Below are positions 11,776-26,180 of a stretch of 64,000 nt of DNA, piece by piece. Within the stretch, counting starts at the first letter, position 1, and every line of letters begins with the position of its first letter. Under the pieces are notes generated by a model that saw nothing but the letters and a program-made list of their open reading frames with translations, was not told the DNA's origin and did no database searches. Position numbers and translations under genes: made by a program. Origin of the DNA: Eledone cirrhosa (taxonomy: Eukaryota); assembly GCA_964016885.1 (NCBI GenBank), contig OZ024740.1, forward strand, positions 124,000,001 to 124,064,000. The letters are read 5' to 3'.

Positions 11776-12554
11776 AAAGACAGAAAAAAAAGAGAATAAA
11801 GATGAGGTAACTCTACATCCATAGCTAGAAAGCATATCTCAACTCTGCCTCACAGACAAGATGGGGAAATTGATGCTATAGAAAACAAGCGGTGATATTT
11901 ACTACATCAGCTGTTCCACCTTATGGGGCTCCATTATCAGGCCTGGTTTGATCATTCCAAATATAGTTGAAAAAAACCCAGCAGTGCACGGATCAAGGGA
12001 GCTAGAAACTGGCAGAAAAGATTACAAGATTTCAAACCAACACAAAATGGTTTCATCTAGAGAATTGGGGGAGATTGTCTGGAGAAAAAACGATTTAAAT
12101 GGGAAAATAAAAAAGGCTATTTTGGAGTTCCATTTGAAACATTGTGATTTCACTTGCAAATAAAAAAAATCATTTCTAAAATTGGCCAGAATTTTCTACT
12201 ACAAGCAATGAAATATAAAAACAATAAAATCTCACTTAGTTTGTCCACAAATGAAGGCCACATAGGAGATAGGCAATATAGATTTGTCAGAATATTGCTA
12301 ATCCAACTAAAACATATTAAAAATATGACTCAGTGAAAATTATTAGTCCCTTTATGATCTGGTATCTGCCAATGGGTTAAGTCAACTTTACTAGGTTCAA
12401 AGAGATATGGGGAATGGGTTGATGATGATCATAGTCACTGGTAAGCTAGGTGCAATCATGAGAATTGGAAATTAATTAAAACTGGACTTCTGACACAGTT
12501 CTCTAGTATTTTCTTGCTTATGAGATTTTCTGAGCATGTAATACATATTGAGAG

Positions 12555-13520
12555 AACACAGTCATGACTGAATGGGTAAGAGGTTTGTTTCAAAATCATG
12601 ATGTTCTGGGTTTCATCTCACTGTCTGATATCTTTAGCAAGTCTCTATACAATAGTGTAAGTTGACCCAAGCTTGCAAATGAAATTGAATAGACAGAAAT
12701 TTTATGGAAGTCCATTAGATTGATGGCACCTGCAATTTAATAGTCTAGACTTGTCATTTATTGTGTCATGCTGATTAGGTTTGGGAATTACCCTAACTCT
12801 GTCTTGTTGTATTCTTGCTATCGCAGTGATAGCCCAAACATAATCTCTATTGAATTCCCATTAAAGTGGTAATGAACAACACACGTTGAAAAGGAAGATA
12901 AAATACTAAAAATAAACGACAGTTCACGTCACAGCTTTGTAGTTACATGTTTATGACTCATTGTTAATGGTGTCCTCAATAGCCTATAGCTGTTGTTTTC
13001 TTTTGTTATTAATCGAGGAAAAAAGCAACTTATTATTTTTGCAATGAAACAGCATTTCCTACAGTGAATGAGCAAGGTCTAGACTCCTTATAGTTGAGGA
13101 AAGTATTGATGATATTTATTCTATGGATGAGAGTGAGCAAGAATTGCAACAAGTTCACCCTAATGCAGAATGCAAGAGTGATTCTACAATGAAACTTATG
13201 AAAGTGGTGAACAATTTCTGTGTGGCCATCATTCAACTGATACTAATAAGGGTGGGGGAGATTATGTAAATGTAGATGAAGGGTGGGTAGACAGTGTGCC
13301 TTGCATTGATTGTGACCTTAGCTGTGTATGCAACTATTTATTGTTGGGGTCAGGAGCCCAGGTGAAGGCTAATGTTAGATACAGGGCCCAAGTCTGAGAA
13401 GGTTAAGGATACATATGTTTGTGGAATACTCAATCACTTACATGTTAATTTACAAGCTGCAAATGCAGTTGATCAAACAACTAAATGTTCATTATTGAAA
13501 CTGACAGAGAATCCATCATA
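12555..13520 (+). mobile_element. Old tRNA-head SINE split by a ~610-bp insertion (similar SINEs at ~22790-23090, 23340-23660, 33075-33380, 51300-51480 minus)
   Basis: 12555-12790 and 13405-13520 together align by eye with the uninterrupted copies (TTGTGTCATGCTGA...GAATACTCAGCCACTT). Confidence 0.55.
12791..13402. mobile_element. Possible TTAA-type (piggyBac-like) non-autonomous DNA transposon
   Basis: Right end CAAGTCTGAGAAGG followed by TTAA; degenerate matching left end CCCTAACTCTGTCTTG; internal acidic coding remnant (EESIDDIYSMDESEQE). Confidence 0.35.
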
Positions 13521-15317
13521 CATATAAAAGAAAATTCAACCAGGCTTTTGTAAAATGAATGAACAGAATATGTACTGAAGTAGAAATAATATTAAAACTT
13601 ACAGCTTAGTCTCAACTGTCTGTTACACTTGGTCCTTCTGTAAGTATAGTCAAGAGGAAGAAGTTCAATCGATAAAATTTGAATTTGTCGAGGCAATATA
13701 TATACTTGAAACACTAAGTTACATGCTCTAAACAGACTACAAATGCTTATAAAATACAAATATCTCTATTAAAAATATTCCTATTACAAATATTCCTATT
13801 AAAAAAAAACAGTTGAGGCAGACTTGACTGCTCTCTCTAACAGGTTGAGTGACCATGTACAAGCTTCCTTATTCGCTTGAGGTATGACATGTACTTTGTT
13901 AGGATGCACAGACTTTGAATCCTTCAACACAAATCTAGTATATAAGCCTCATAATTTCACACATTGTGTCTCAGTATAAAGTATCACTATAGTATGACAA
14001 ACTCCTTCAAAGGGACGAAAACATAAGCAAAATAATGCCATATTTGAAAGAGTACAACAAAGTCTTTTCAACAGATATATTTTTGATTCTATTTTCCTAG
14101 TCTTTGATAGTGAAACTGTTACTAGATGTTACTGTAGAAAAATACCTTTATGTACTTCAATATTTCTGATGAATTATACTGTTGATGAGTTTTAATTAAT
14201 TTTTTCAAATAATGAAGTATTTTGAAGTATTTATTTAATTACTACGTTTTCCATCAATAAACTGTTGTTGGGAATGCAACTTTAGATAAAATTAAGGACT
14301 CTATTATATCATAGAATGGGGGGTGATTTCAGGCAGGCTGGTATTAAAAGTCTAAGGAGAAAATGGCTTTTCAGGACAGAGAGAAAGATGCAAGAGAAAA
14401 ATCAAATGGTAATGGTAAAATGGTAAAACCACATAAAAAAAGGAGCATGACACATCTAACAAAATAGTGATGGCCTTATTCAAAAACTGTAACTTTACAT
14501 CTATTAAATATAGTTGATGATATAAAACTGCTTATCTGCAAAAAATTCCATCTTGCATATCAAGCCAATGATGGAACCTTTAGAAGATAACTTGACCTTT
14601 TAAAAGTAGTAGCCAAATCTCCCTCAAATACAGAATTATATGGAATGAGAACTAGAAAACAACGAATATGGCAAAAGCTAGGGGAAACAATTCCAGTCTA
14701 AATCTTTGATCTGACTTGAAAAGTGTGTTTGTTTCGAACAAATACATCAAGTTCTTTATACACAAGCAGCAAATTGGGAAAGTTGTCAGGGCATCAAATT
14801 AAATGCCTTTGTATTTGTTCTGACTTATTGCACTCTGAGTTCAAATTCCACCAATGTAATCTTTATCTTTCATTCTTTTGAGGTCGAAAATTAAAGTATG
14901 AATTCAGTGATGGTGACTTTGTGGAATTTGTTAACGAGTTAGATTGGATGATATGCTTTGATTTCAATTCCTAATCAAATTCTTTTTCCTACTGTCAGTA
15001 GTTGTGACAAGGGGATAGTATCAGTAATTGAAAGACCGATGGAAACATTGTTTCTTTGACCTTATCTGAGGATCAGCTTTTTTCTTTGTCTTCCATTTAC
15101 TTTTGCACAGACAAGACAAGCGATTGTTAACTGTGTGGATTACATAATGAAAAATGTCAGAATATTTTCCTACCTTATAACAAAGTCAAAAAGCAATATT
15201 GAAATGAATACTAACAGTACCTTGACACTGTAACTTGAATTGATTATGTGTGAAAGGAGTTGAAAACTCCTAAAGAGGGAAGAAAGTACTGTGAAATATG
15301 ACAAAGAAAAATAATAT

Positions 15318-16864
15318 TGCATTTGTCGATCTTGAGAAAGCCTTTGACAGAGTTCCACGTGCTGTAATCTGGTGGGCTCTTAGAAAACTAGGAGTAGATG
15401 AATGGCTTGTGAAAGCGATACAAGCCATGTATAGGGGAGCAGTCAGCAAAGTTAGGATTAGCAATGAGTATAGCGAGGAATTTAGCGTACAGGTTAGGGT
15501 CCACCAGGGCTCTGTTCTTAGCCCCCTCCTGTTCATCATAGTCCTGCAGGCAATAACGGAGGAGTTTAAGACCCGATGACCAAGGGAACTCCTGTATGCT
15601 GATGACCTCACACTTATAGCTGAATCTATGGTAGAACTAGAGAAGAAATTCCAAACTTGGAAGCAGGGACTAGAAAGAAAGGGTCACAAAGTCAACCTGA
15701 CAAAGACTAGGGTCCTTGTAAGTAAACTAGAAAACAGAACCCAGATCCCCTTAGAGAAATGGCCTTGCTCAGTATGTAGGAAAGGTGTAGGTAGGAACTC
15801 CATTCTCTCCCCCAAATGCAAAAATGGGTACACAAAAGATGTAGCGGGATCACAGGAAGCTTAATTAAGAATGTAGGCTTCATATGTAGCAGCTGTGCTG
15901 GGACAGCAAGCAGCAAACAGCCACAGGAAATACGCACAACCAATCTCTGTGAGGGCTCTGTAGAAACAGTAGACAGCTTCTGCTACCTAGGTGACTGAAT
16001 TAGCAGCAGAGGTGGGTGTTCAGAAAGTACAATAACTAGGGTAAAAACGGGATGGAAGAAGTTTGGGGAACTACTGCCACTGCTAGCTTCAAAAGGCTTT
16101 TCCCTCAAAATGAAAGGCAGACTGTATGATGCGTGTATCCGAACAGCGATGTTGCATGGTAGTGAGACCTGGGCGCTGAAGGTGGAAGACTTACGTAGAT
16201 TAGAGAGAAACGAAGCCTGCATGCTCCGATGGATGTGTAATAGTAATATACGCAAACGACAAAGCATAAATGAATTGAGAGAGAGACTGAGCATAAGAGG
16301 AATCAAATGCTGTGTGCAGGAGAGGCGGTTGTGTTGGTATGGACATGTGATGCGTATGAAGGATGACAGCTGCATAAAAAGGTGCAGAGCACTAGAAGTC
16401 GATGGAAACCGCAGAGTGGGGAGACCCAAGATGACCTGGGATGAGGTGATAAATGCCGACCTTACCCAATTACACCTCTCAAAGGCGATGACACACGACC
16501 GTGACCTCTGGTGTCACGCAGTAATACAGAGTACCCGACCTCCCATGGGTACAAGCTGAAGCATATAGACAATATACCCCCACACCCCCTTACTGCAAGG
16601 TGGTCGTAGAGGTGCCACGGCAAAAAAGCACCCAGCCCACACTCTAAAGTGGACGTGTACGCGCCACGAAAAAGCACCCAGCACTCACTGTAAATGAGGT
16701 CGGTGTTAGGAAGGGCATCCAGCTGTAGAAATCAAGCCAAATCAGTTCATGTATGAGCAAGGCATGGTCAGCCGACCAGACACTGCCCACAACAGGGCAA
16801 CCGTCTAACCCATGCTAGCGTGGAAGAACGGACGTAAAACGGTGATGTGATGATGATGATGATG
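15318..16864 (+). mobile_element. RTE-clade LINE (subfamily C), 5'-truncated
   Basis: AFVDLEKAFDRVPR, VHQGSVLSP, YADD, finger remnant, GRPKMTW; long 3' UTR and (GAT)n tail; matches 61716-63612. Confidence 0.95.
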
Positions 16865-17273
16865 TGAGAAATCAAGATTTTATAGAATTTTAACACTCAA
16901 TAGGGGTCATATTTGAAAAGCTATAAAGCAAAAAGAAAAATAAGCATATAAATATAGCCTTAACTAGAATGATAATAATGGTGGTGATGAAGATGAGGAC
17001 GATGATGTTGATGGCAGGGGAAATGATGGAGAGGATGATGATGATGTTTATGATCATGATCATAAAATTTAATGGCAAAGGGAGAGCAGGTGGATCCAGA
17101 TAAACTTAGTTTCATTGGTGAACAAGGGTGATGATGCTTATCATTTTTGATAATGATGCTGATTATATTATCATCATTGTCCTTCTCATCAGTATCATTA
17201 ACCTTTTTATTATGATAATGATAATGAATGATAAGGCTGCCTTGAGACAAACCTAAAATAACAGTGATAATGA

Positions 17274-17342
17274 CATATCTTTTCCTTTTTCCTGCTTCAG
17301 CCTTGTCATACAAGGCTGAAGCAGGAAAAAGGAAAAGATATG
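17274..17342. repeat. Perfect 33-bp inverted repeat with 3-nt loop
   Basis: CATATCTTTTCCTTTTTCCTGCTTCAGCCTTGT-cat-ACAAGGCTGAAGCAGGAAAAAGGAAAAGATATG. Confidence 0.95.
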
Positions 17343-20300
17343 CATGATTAAGGAGATGGCCATCTAAGAAACAAAAGACAGGCTTGTAAAATATAAGGCT
17401 GGTGAAACATGGAAAAGAGATACCAGCTGGTCTGAAAACACTGTACCCACAACAACTGACAATAAAAAAACTGAAAAAACTCTGGGAAACTAAATCAGAA
17501 CACCTGCCATCCCCTGCACATAATCATAGACTGGAATCAAGGTACAAATTGTTATCCTTGAATGCATGTAGTCTATGCTATAAGATTCATCTTTTTTACT
17601 CCTACATCAAAAGTATCAACCCTGACTTCATTACAGTCACAGAAACATGGGCACATTCCTTACTCTGTGATGGTGTTTTGAGCATAACTGGCTACGACTT
17701 GTTTTGTAAAGACCGCATTAATCGTCATGGTCGTGGTGTAATGGTCTACGTTCGGTCAATCGCAGCAGGATGTATTTTTCTGTGATTATACGTATGACCA
17801 CGTCAACACTGCTATTTGGCGTTGGTTACCGTCCCCCAAATTACCATCAGGACACTCAACTTTGTGATATCTTCAGAGTTGCTGCCAGGAAAACAGCCAC
17901 TTATGTTTTTATTGCAGGGGACTTCAATCACCCTGAGATTTACTGGAAAACCTTTCGTTGGCCACCAAGTGCAAATGACTTCCTTGAGCTAGTGCTGGAC
18001 TTGAACTGGTCCCAAGTAGTCACCTCCCCAACAAGAGGTAATAACACTTTGGACCTACTCTTGAAACGGTTATTAGTGTTACTGCTGAGGCACCTTTAAG
18101 TGACTCTGATCATGCTATGATCATTGCCAATCTATCCCTCATGGGCAGTAACAAAAACCACAACCATCTCCAAACTGCTCACTTTGACTGGAATAAAGCA
18201 GACTGGAACTGTTACTGCACCAAGTTGCAACGTCCAAACTAGCTTGAGTTCTACGACTCTGGAGATGTCAACACTGTACTCCAGAACATCCTGAGCTCAA
18301 TATGGACAGCATGTGCAGCATAAGCAGAAAAAACATCCCAAAAGTGCAATTTGGGAGACTGCAGCAGTCTGTCTTGCCAGAAAAGAACGCTGTAATGCTG
18401 AACGTGAGTACAAACTGCTTAAATCAGATATCAATACGAAGAAGCGAAATAAATCATCCAACCATCTCAAACAGGTGACAAAAAAGGCAGTGCTTCAATT
18501 TGAGCAGTGCATAGCAACCAGCCCTGACAGTAAGGTGTTCTGGAAGTATGTTCACTCAAAGCAGAAGCCTCACTCTCCAGTTGGTCCTCTTCTCAATCCC
18601 CATGCAAGCCAGGTTACTGACGACCCCATGGAATGTGCAGAGCTCATTGCTGAATGCTATGCAGGCATTTTCACTTTTGAAGCCCAGAGTGTACCATCTC
18701 CACCACCTCTGACATCGGATTCTATTACAACTACCGAATTTACACCGGCAATGCTGTGACGTCACCTTAAAAATAAAGGCAACCATGCCTATCCTGGTCT
18801 TGATGGTGTTACGTACCTGCTTCTCAAATGTGGTCGGTACTTCCTTCTGCACCAGCTATCATGCTTCTTCCAATTCTGTCTGAACAACGGTGCTACTCCA
18901 GAACAGTGGAAAACTGCCAGTGTCATTCCTCTGTTCAAAAAGGGCGACCTCACATCACCTGTGAACTATCGTCCAGTCAGTCTTACTAGCTGCATTGCCA
19001 AACTGATGGAATCCTGTGTCAGAGAAACGCTTTTGAACTTCTGGAACTCTCACAGTCTTATCCGGGCCTCGCAATTTGGATTTATCCCTAACTCCAGCTG
19101 CTGTTATCAACTTATCAAGTTTCTTGAAGACATCACCCGGATGACGGCGGCTTATGGGTGGATGTTGTTTACCTTGACTTTGCTAAAGCTTTCAATTATG
19201 TGCCAGACAAAAGACTTATGGCAAAACTCTCTGCAATGTGTGTGAAGGATGATCTTTTTAACTGGTTGAAGTCCTCCATTCTCAGTCAAAGAGAGGTAGT
19301 CACAGTTCTAGGACAGCATTCCTCACCATATGAGATGTCATCTGATGTACCACAGGGATCTGTTCTTGACCCCCTTTTGTTTGTGGCATATATTAATGAC
19401 ATAGATGCCAACTTAAAGAATGCCACAGTACTGAAATATGCAGATGACATCAAGCTGTACCTTGAGATAAAAAGGACAGATACTGAACACTATAGATCTT
19501 GCCTGCAATCTGACCTGGACACAATGCAACAATGGATCACAGACTGGCAACTCAAACTAGCTGTGGACAAGTGTACCACCATGCATTTTGGGAGTAAAAC
19601 CCAGCGTCCACATACTCCCTCCACAACACTAATATCAAGAAGTCTTCTTGTGAACGTGACCTGGGCATTACGGTCAGCAGCGATTTGCGTTGGACGAAGC
19701 ACATTTCTAAAATTCTCAAGAAGGCCAAGGGTGTCTTAGAATCACTCAGCAAGACCTTTTTCAGCTGCTCTCCAGCTATCTATTTAAAGCTGTATATAGC
19801 TATCGTGCGGCCACACTTAGAATTTGCATCACCAGTGTGGAACCCCTATCTTGCTCAGAACATTCACTGCCTGGAAACTGTTCAGAGACGTGCAACTAGG
19901 CGAATACCCTCCATCAGGCATCTACCATACTCTGAACGCCTTGCTTCCCTGGACATGGATACATTGAAGCTCCAATGTCTGACAACTGACTTGGTACACC
20001 CACAAAATTATTAACCCTCTTGCTAACAACAACCCTGAGTACCTTTTTGATTTCCATGTGTCTAACACGTGGGCATGTGCACAAAGTTAGAAAACAGCAC
20101 AGCTCCCATGACTTTCGGAAACACTTTTTCATGCTCAGAGTTTCTGATGCATGGAACTAACTACCTGCATCAGTTGTTTGCTGTCGAGATGCTGCATCCT
20201 TTAAAACCTCGATGCTTCCTGAGATTCACCAACACTACACCTAATATTCCCCCTCCATACACACACACACATGTATATCATGACTCATACACTATTCACT

Positions 20301-20400
20301 TCCCTGACATTTGTATATTATTCTATGTACTATACATGCACCTTTGATGAGTTGTAGTGCACCTGAGCACTGTACACAATAATTTCACTATTATTATTAT
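17310..20400 (+). mobile_element. CR1-group LINE, decayed (APE + RT)
   Basis: APE motifs (SLNACSL, ITVTETW, YRPPN, AGDFNHP, PTRGNNTLDL) and RT motifs (NYRPVSLTS, YLDFAKAF, VPQGSVL, KYADD); C-terminal RPHLEFASPVWNPY and LETVQRRATR; (ATT)n tail at ~20389-20400. Confidence 0.93.
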
Positions 20401-21298
20401 ATAAAGATGGAACAAATTGCAAAAATACAATAAATATAAAAGAAACTTGAACATATTCAGATATGTGAGGAACAGCAAAGAAAAAATAACAACAAAGCAT
20501 GTTTTAGTGGAAAAAGTATTATTTTTACAGCAGTAACCTAAGAGCTGTGGTTTCTTCCTAATTAATATCCACCCATCCTGGAGGTCCAATAAATATCATA
20601 GGTTCTACCTTGTCTCCATTTGTTACCAAACCACCTGAAACTCCCCATGATTCTATAATACAAACCTGTATATTTCAAAAGTTTTTAGATTTATCTAAAA
20701 ACCTATCATAATTTTGTGTAACAACTTTCATTAAGTTATGTCCGAAATACAAACTTAATAATTGAACAATTTGTTTTATTACTAAATGCATAACAGTTGT
20801 GAATATTTTCAAAATTATTAGAAGATCAGAGACACACCGAAGCGATGTCATAGAAAAAACTTGAGAACATAATGGATGCATTTAATCAATAGAGATGTTA
20901 CATTTACTTGCCATCCCTAACTCCCATTGGCGAGAAATCCTCTCCATCTTGAGTAGTTTCCAGTCTTTCAATGAAACAAGACCAAGAGTGAATAGATGAA
21001 GAGCGATGAAATCAGGAAGAGTACCCAGTCATAGAGAAACGGTCTTAAAATCCTATGCCACACAAGGAAGCATGAAAAGAGCAGAAAAAATGATGCTGCC
21101 GAAATGTCTGTGAGTATACACACACACACACATATACTCATACACATATCTGCAACATCATTTTCCTACTCTTGTCATGCTTCTTGTGTTGTATAGGACT
21201 TTTAAGACCATTTTTTCCATTATACACATATATGTACATTGTGTATATCTATGGTAGATATACACATATTATACACACATATACACATTACATGTGAG

Positions 21299-21327
<29 letters not shown>

Positions 21328-21330
<3 letters not shown>

Positions 21331-21668
21331 TTTCATTCATTTCATTTTACGTCCGCTTTTTCCCTGCTTGCAAGGGTGGGATGGGAACTGATTCTGGGTT
21401 GATTTCTACAGCTGGATGGCCTTCCTAACACCAACCTCATTTACAGTGAGTGCTGGGTGCTTTTTTGCCGTGGCACCTCCACGACCACTTTGCAGTGGAA
21501 TGTTAGGGACGCTAGTCCCTATCATCTCATTTCTACAGCTGAGTAAACTGGAACAATGTGAAATAAAGTGTCTTGCTCAAGGAAACAACACATCACCCGG
21601 TCTGAGAATTGAACTCACAACCTTTCGATTGCAAGCCCAATGATCTAACCACTAAGCCATGTGCCTCC
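21328..21668 (-). mobile_element. Composite tRNA/CORE-like/RTE-tail SINE, second copy
   Basis: Near-identical to 6710-7057. Confidence 0.88.
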
Positions 21669-21728
21669 ATATATATATATATCCACCCTTGCAAGCAGGG
21701 AAAAGCAGACGTAGAATGATAATGATGA

Positions 21729-21829
<101 letters not shown>

Positions 21830-23667
21830 ATTTATGGCTTTAGACTTGCCAATAAAATATTACAAAACGAAATCTAGTACAATACAGAAAAGAATAGAAA
21901 AACTTAAATCCACTGACACACACAATAAACAACAACAACAACAATAAATATAAAATATTCATCATTGTATATTGATGTTTAAATCTAAAACTAGATTGAG
22001 TGTGGATAAGAGATATAACATCACAATGTGAAATAGTTCAATTTCAACACAGTTTTTACTTGCAGCTATCAAATTAGTAATACTTTCATATTCCTAGAGG
22101 GATAATTTCCTAAAATTGACTTATCATTTAATCTTTTATACATTACATAAATATTCCATTCTATCAACCTTTATTCTTTATATTTTTTCCACTTAATTTT
22201 TCTGTTATCATCTTATTTTTTTATTACATTGAGATCACATAACATGAAATATTTACAAGCATTTGATGGCTTTTTTTTTTGTTAAATTAAATTATGTACT
22301 GAAAAGTGAAATTACTGGACTACAGACTACATGTTTGCAGGTTCAGAACTTTGCAACTGACTATGTTTATCATTCTACAGCAAAAACGCAAAAAAGCCTG
22401 GAAGAGGATAATTACTCAGGGATGTTTCTGTATGAAAAATTAATAGTTACGACGAGGATAACATAATGTTATTATCATATATAAATATATGTATATAGAG
22501 TTATATATATCATTCAACCCATTTGATACCAATTAAATCAGAATTGGCTCTCGTTGTGTGAAACAAATCCATCCTCTTCTAGTATTAAAATTAACAATTT
22601 TAGTAAATGACTCAAATTTCAACAATAATTAATTGAAATAGTGAGTATTCTATTAGAATTGAGGTCATGAAACTATTATGATTCCTAACTGGTGAGATTG
22701 AAATAGTTTATGTTAAAACTGAACATCTGCAAGGTATTAAATATGCTAGTCTTCTCTGTGAAAGTCATCTGCACTGCCTCTTTCTCCAGACCTAACAAGT
22801 AAAAAATACTAACAGTAAGAGTTTTCAGCTGAATATTGTAAGATCTTAGTTCAATTCCTTGTGACACACTGTGTGACCTTGACCAAATCACTTTATTTCC
22901 CACTGCTTCAGTCCATTCTTATTCAAAATTGAGCTGTATCTGTAAATTCAAAGGACCATCCTTGTCACACATTGTGTCATGCTCAATCTCCCAAAGAACT
23001 ATGTTATATGTGTACATATCTCTAGAATACTCAGCCACTTGAAGATTAATTGCATCAGCAGGCTGTTCCATTGTTCAATTGGTATCGCATCTTTACTGTA
23101 GAAGACAATGTCTCAGAATTAAATATATAATATCCTTAAATGTATTAAAGGGATCAATAAAATGTGTTTCGATATTGAGTAGTTTAAATGGCTATTATTT
23201 AAGTTGTTTTATTGCCATAAGTATTCAGTTTCAGTCAGTTAGAAAGCATGAGTGACTACAATGTTTCAGCTAGTGATTGCCCATAATAGTGAAAATAAAT
23301 TTAAACATTTACTTCACCAGCATTACTGATATTGGATGTAGAAATGGCCAAGGGGATAAGAAATTTGCTTCTAATCTTGAGGTCACGGATTTAATCTCAC
23401 TACTTGGCATTTGGAACAAGTAACTTAAATATAATTTGGGTCGACTCAAACTTTGTAAGTGAAATTGGATAGATGGAAACTGTGTAGAAATCCATCAGAG
23501 GAATTGTATTTCTAATTTAATTGTCCAGCCTGGTCACATATTGTGTCATACTGATTCTATCACACTGTGTCACACTGATTCTATGTTACAGCTATACATA
23601 CCTGTAGAATATTCTACTAGGTACATGTTATTTTATGATTGAATGCCCATCATCATCAGTATTGATA

Positions 23668-23855
23668 AATAATTGTTTCTACTTTTGGCACAAGATCAGC
23701 AATTACCCAGTGTATTACTGGTACTTTATTTTATCGACCCCGTAAGGATGGAAGGCAAAGTTAACCTCGGCGGGATTTGAACTCAGTCCGTAAAGGGACG
23801 TAACTGTGCTGCAAAGCATGGCGTCTGACACTCTACCAATACTGCCAATCCACCA
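23668..23855 (-). mobile_element. Nin/Deu-domain-like tRNA SINE
   Basis: Same family as 9222-9415. Confidence 0.88.
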
Positions 23856-24309
23856 ATGATATCTAATGCTAATATTAGGGTTGTTAGCCAATAGGATTAT
23901 AAAAAGTAACAAATATTTATGGATGGAGGGATTTAATACAAGTAACAGAATTAAATTTATTATATCTTGGATTAACTGGAACTGAGACTGGATGGAATGC
24001 TTTGAAGTACAAATTATGGCTGTCTGTGCTCTGAGTTCAAATCCCACTGAGGGCCACTTTGCCTTTCCTCATTTCGTGGTCACCAAAAATGTATCAATCT
24101 AGGCTGGAAGAAATTGGATGTTCCAGCCTAGAAAGTATTGATTCTGCCAGGTTTAATGTGCCCCCATGGCACCTCAAGAAGTTAAGAGCACATAACAAAA
24201 CATATTTTAATTCCCTGCTTGGCTGTTTATAATTGACAGTATTTATATACACATAATGTGTTCACTACTTCAAATGAAGTAGGAGGAAAATATCTGCCAT
24301 TATTTTCAT

Positions 24310-24418
24310 GCCCGCCGAGGTTGACTTTGCCTTTCATCCTTACGGGGTCGATAAAATAAAGTACCAGTAATGCACTGGGTAATTGCCGGCCTTGTGCCTA
24401 AAGTAGAAACAATTATTT
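24310..24418 (+). mobile_element. Nin/Deu-domain-like SINE, 5'-truncated
   Basis: CCCGCCGAGGTTGACTTTGCCTTTCATCCTTACGGGGTCGATAAA...GTAGAAACAATTATT. Confidence 0.85.
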
Positions 24419-24535
24419 TCATGCTTTTGTATAGGTTATAAAGAGGCTGATGTGAAGTCAAGTAGTGACAACAAGATATGTACATAGTATGTTTGTAGTA
24501 TACTTCTGAATATATAATTATATATATAGAGAGAG

Positions 24536-24588
<53 letters not shown>

Positions 24589-24612
24589 TATATATATATA
24601 TACACTCACACG

Positions 24613-24647
<35 letters not shown>

Positions 24648-25525
24648 ATGCATATATGTGTATGTGTGTGTATGTGTGTGTGTGTGTGCATGCATATATG
24701 TGTATGTGTATGTGTGTGTGTGTGTATGTACCATTATCATCATCATATATATATGACCTCACCTAGCCTGAATGTACACAATAACAACAACACCAAAAAT
24801 AATCGATAGACAAGTAAACTAATTTCACTATTCAAAAGTCTTTGGAACAGATTTCAAGAGAAAGAATATTTAAAGAATGAATAAATTAATAATGAATTAT
24901 ATTTCTTCATTTCTCTATTTAGTGTTTTAGATTTAAATTTAATTAATTCTAACCAATGCTAATTTATAATTATTTTCGATTCAGATGTTATTAGCATGAT
25001 AAAAAGAAAATGTTCATTATAATACCTTTTTTAAAATGCTTCTAAAAAGATTTCCCAAAATTTCATATAATTCCTAATAATTTCATTATTTCCTTTCAAA
25101 AGGTATTACCTGTCAATGAAATCATTTACGATTCAAGTTAGATTGTATGAAAGTTTTAATTCTATTTCTGAATAATGTTTTTTTTTAATCAATTTATTTA
25201 ATTATTTTTATTATTGTTTTCTCGTCCTCAATTTTCCGCTTCTTTGTTTACTGTTTCTCTTTATAATTTTACCTTTTACAGAAATACAAATGAACATTTT
25301 AAATGACGATATCAGCTTCAGAAGTTTTCTTCAGAATCAAAACTTTTAACACATGGTATGAGTCAAGTTTAATCCTTTTGATATGAACCCAAAAGAAACA
25401 GTACATGGTTCTGATGCAAAACTGCTATTTTTAAATAGGACATACTTATATTAATTTATTGAAACTTGATAATAGTGGGTAAATTCTGTCATAATGATTG
25501 TTAAACCTTTATTATTATATTTCTG

Positions 25526-25720
25526 AGGGCGGTGGATTGGCAGTATCGGTAGAGGGTCGGATGCCATGCTTTGGCGCATAGCGTTACGGCCCTTGCCATT
25601 CTGAGTTCAAATCCCGCCGAGGTTAACTTTGCCTTTCATCCTTACGGGGTCGATAAAATAAAGTACCAGTAATGCACTGGGTAATTGCTGGCCTTGTGCC
25701 TAACGTAGAAACAATTATTA
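25526..25720 (+). mobile_element. Nin/Deu-domain-like tRNA SINE, full length
   Basis: Box A, box B and the conserved domain as above. Confidence 0.9.
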
Positions 25721-25724
25721 TATT

Positions 25725-25952
25725 TCTCACGAAAGAATGGCTGGACAGATTTTATGGACAAAAACAAATGGCAAAAGACCAAGGGGTAGACCATGATCGT
25801 GATGGTTGGATAACATCCATGAGTTTAGCTGGTCTTGTTTGGGGACCCAGCCAGATCAATTGGGGATGGTTGCTTCTGTCAGTACCTGCTGGGAGGAATG
25901 TTCAAGGACTCTGCCCCAACAAGATTCTCAGGAAGAAGAAGAAGAACAACAA
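25725..25952 (+). mobile_element. 3' end of another RTE-type LINE
   Basis: Translates as ERMAGQILWTKTNGKRPRGRP*...WLDNI; (GAA)n tail. Confidence 0.6.
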
Positions 25953-26044
25953 CAAAACGAAAAAACAGCAACAAATGATACAATCTGTTTTTTGTTTATT
26001 TAATTTTGAAAATAATAACGAATTTGGGGGGATTTAGTTATATA

Positions 26045-26180
26045 CTGTATTTCCCGGCGTCAAAGACAACCAAACATTTGAATAAAAAAAAATAAACGAC
26101 CTTCGGCATGCAGGACGCATGGTAGATTTTTGAGATTTATTTTGGGGAAAAAGTAGAGTCTTCGACGCCGGAAAATGCGG
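26045..26180. mobile_element. Tc1/mariner (Tc2/pogo-like) MITE
   Basis: TIRs CTGTATTTCCCGGCGTCAAAGAC and GTCTTCGACGCCGGAAAATGCGG, flanked by TA on both sides. Confidence 0.8.
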
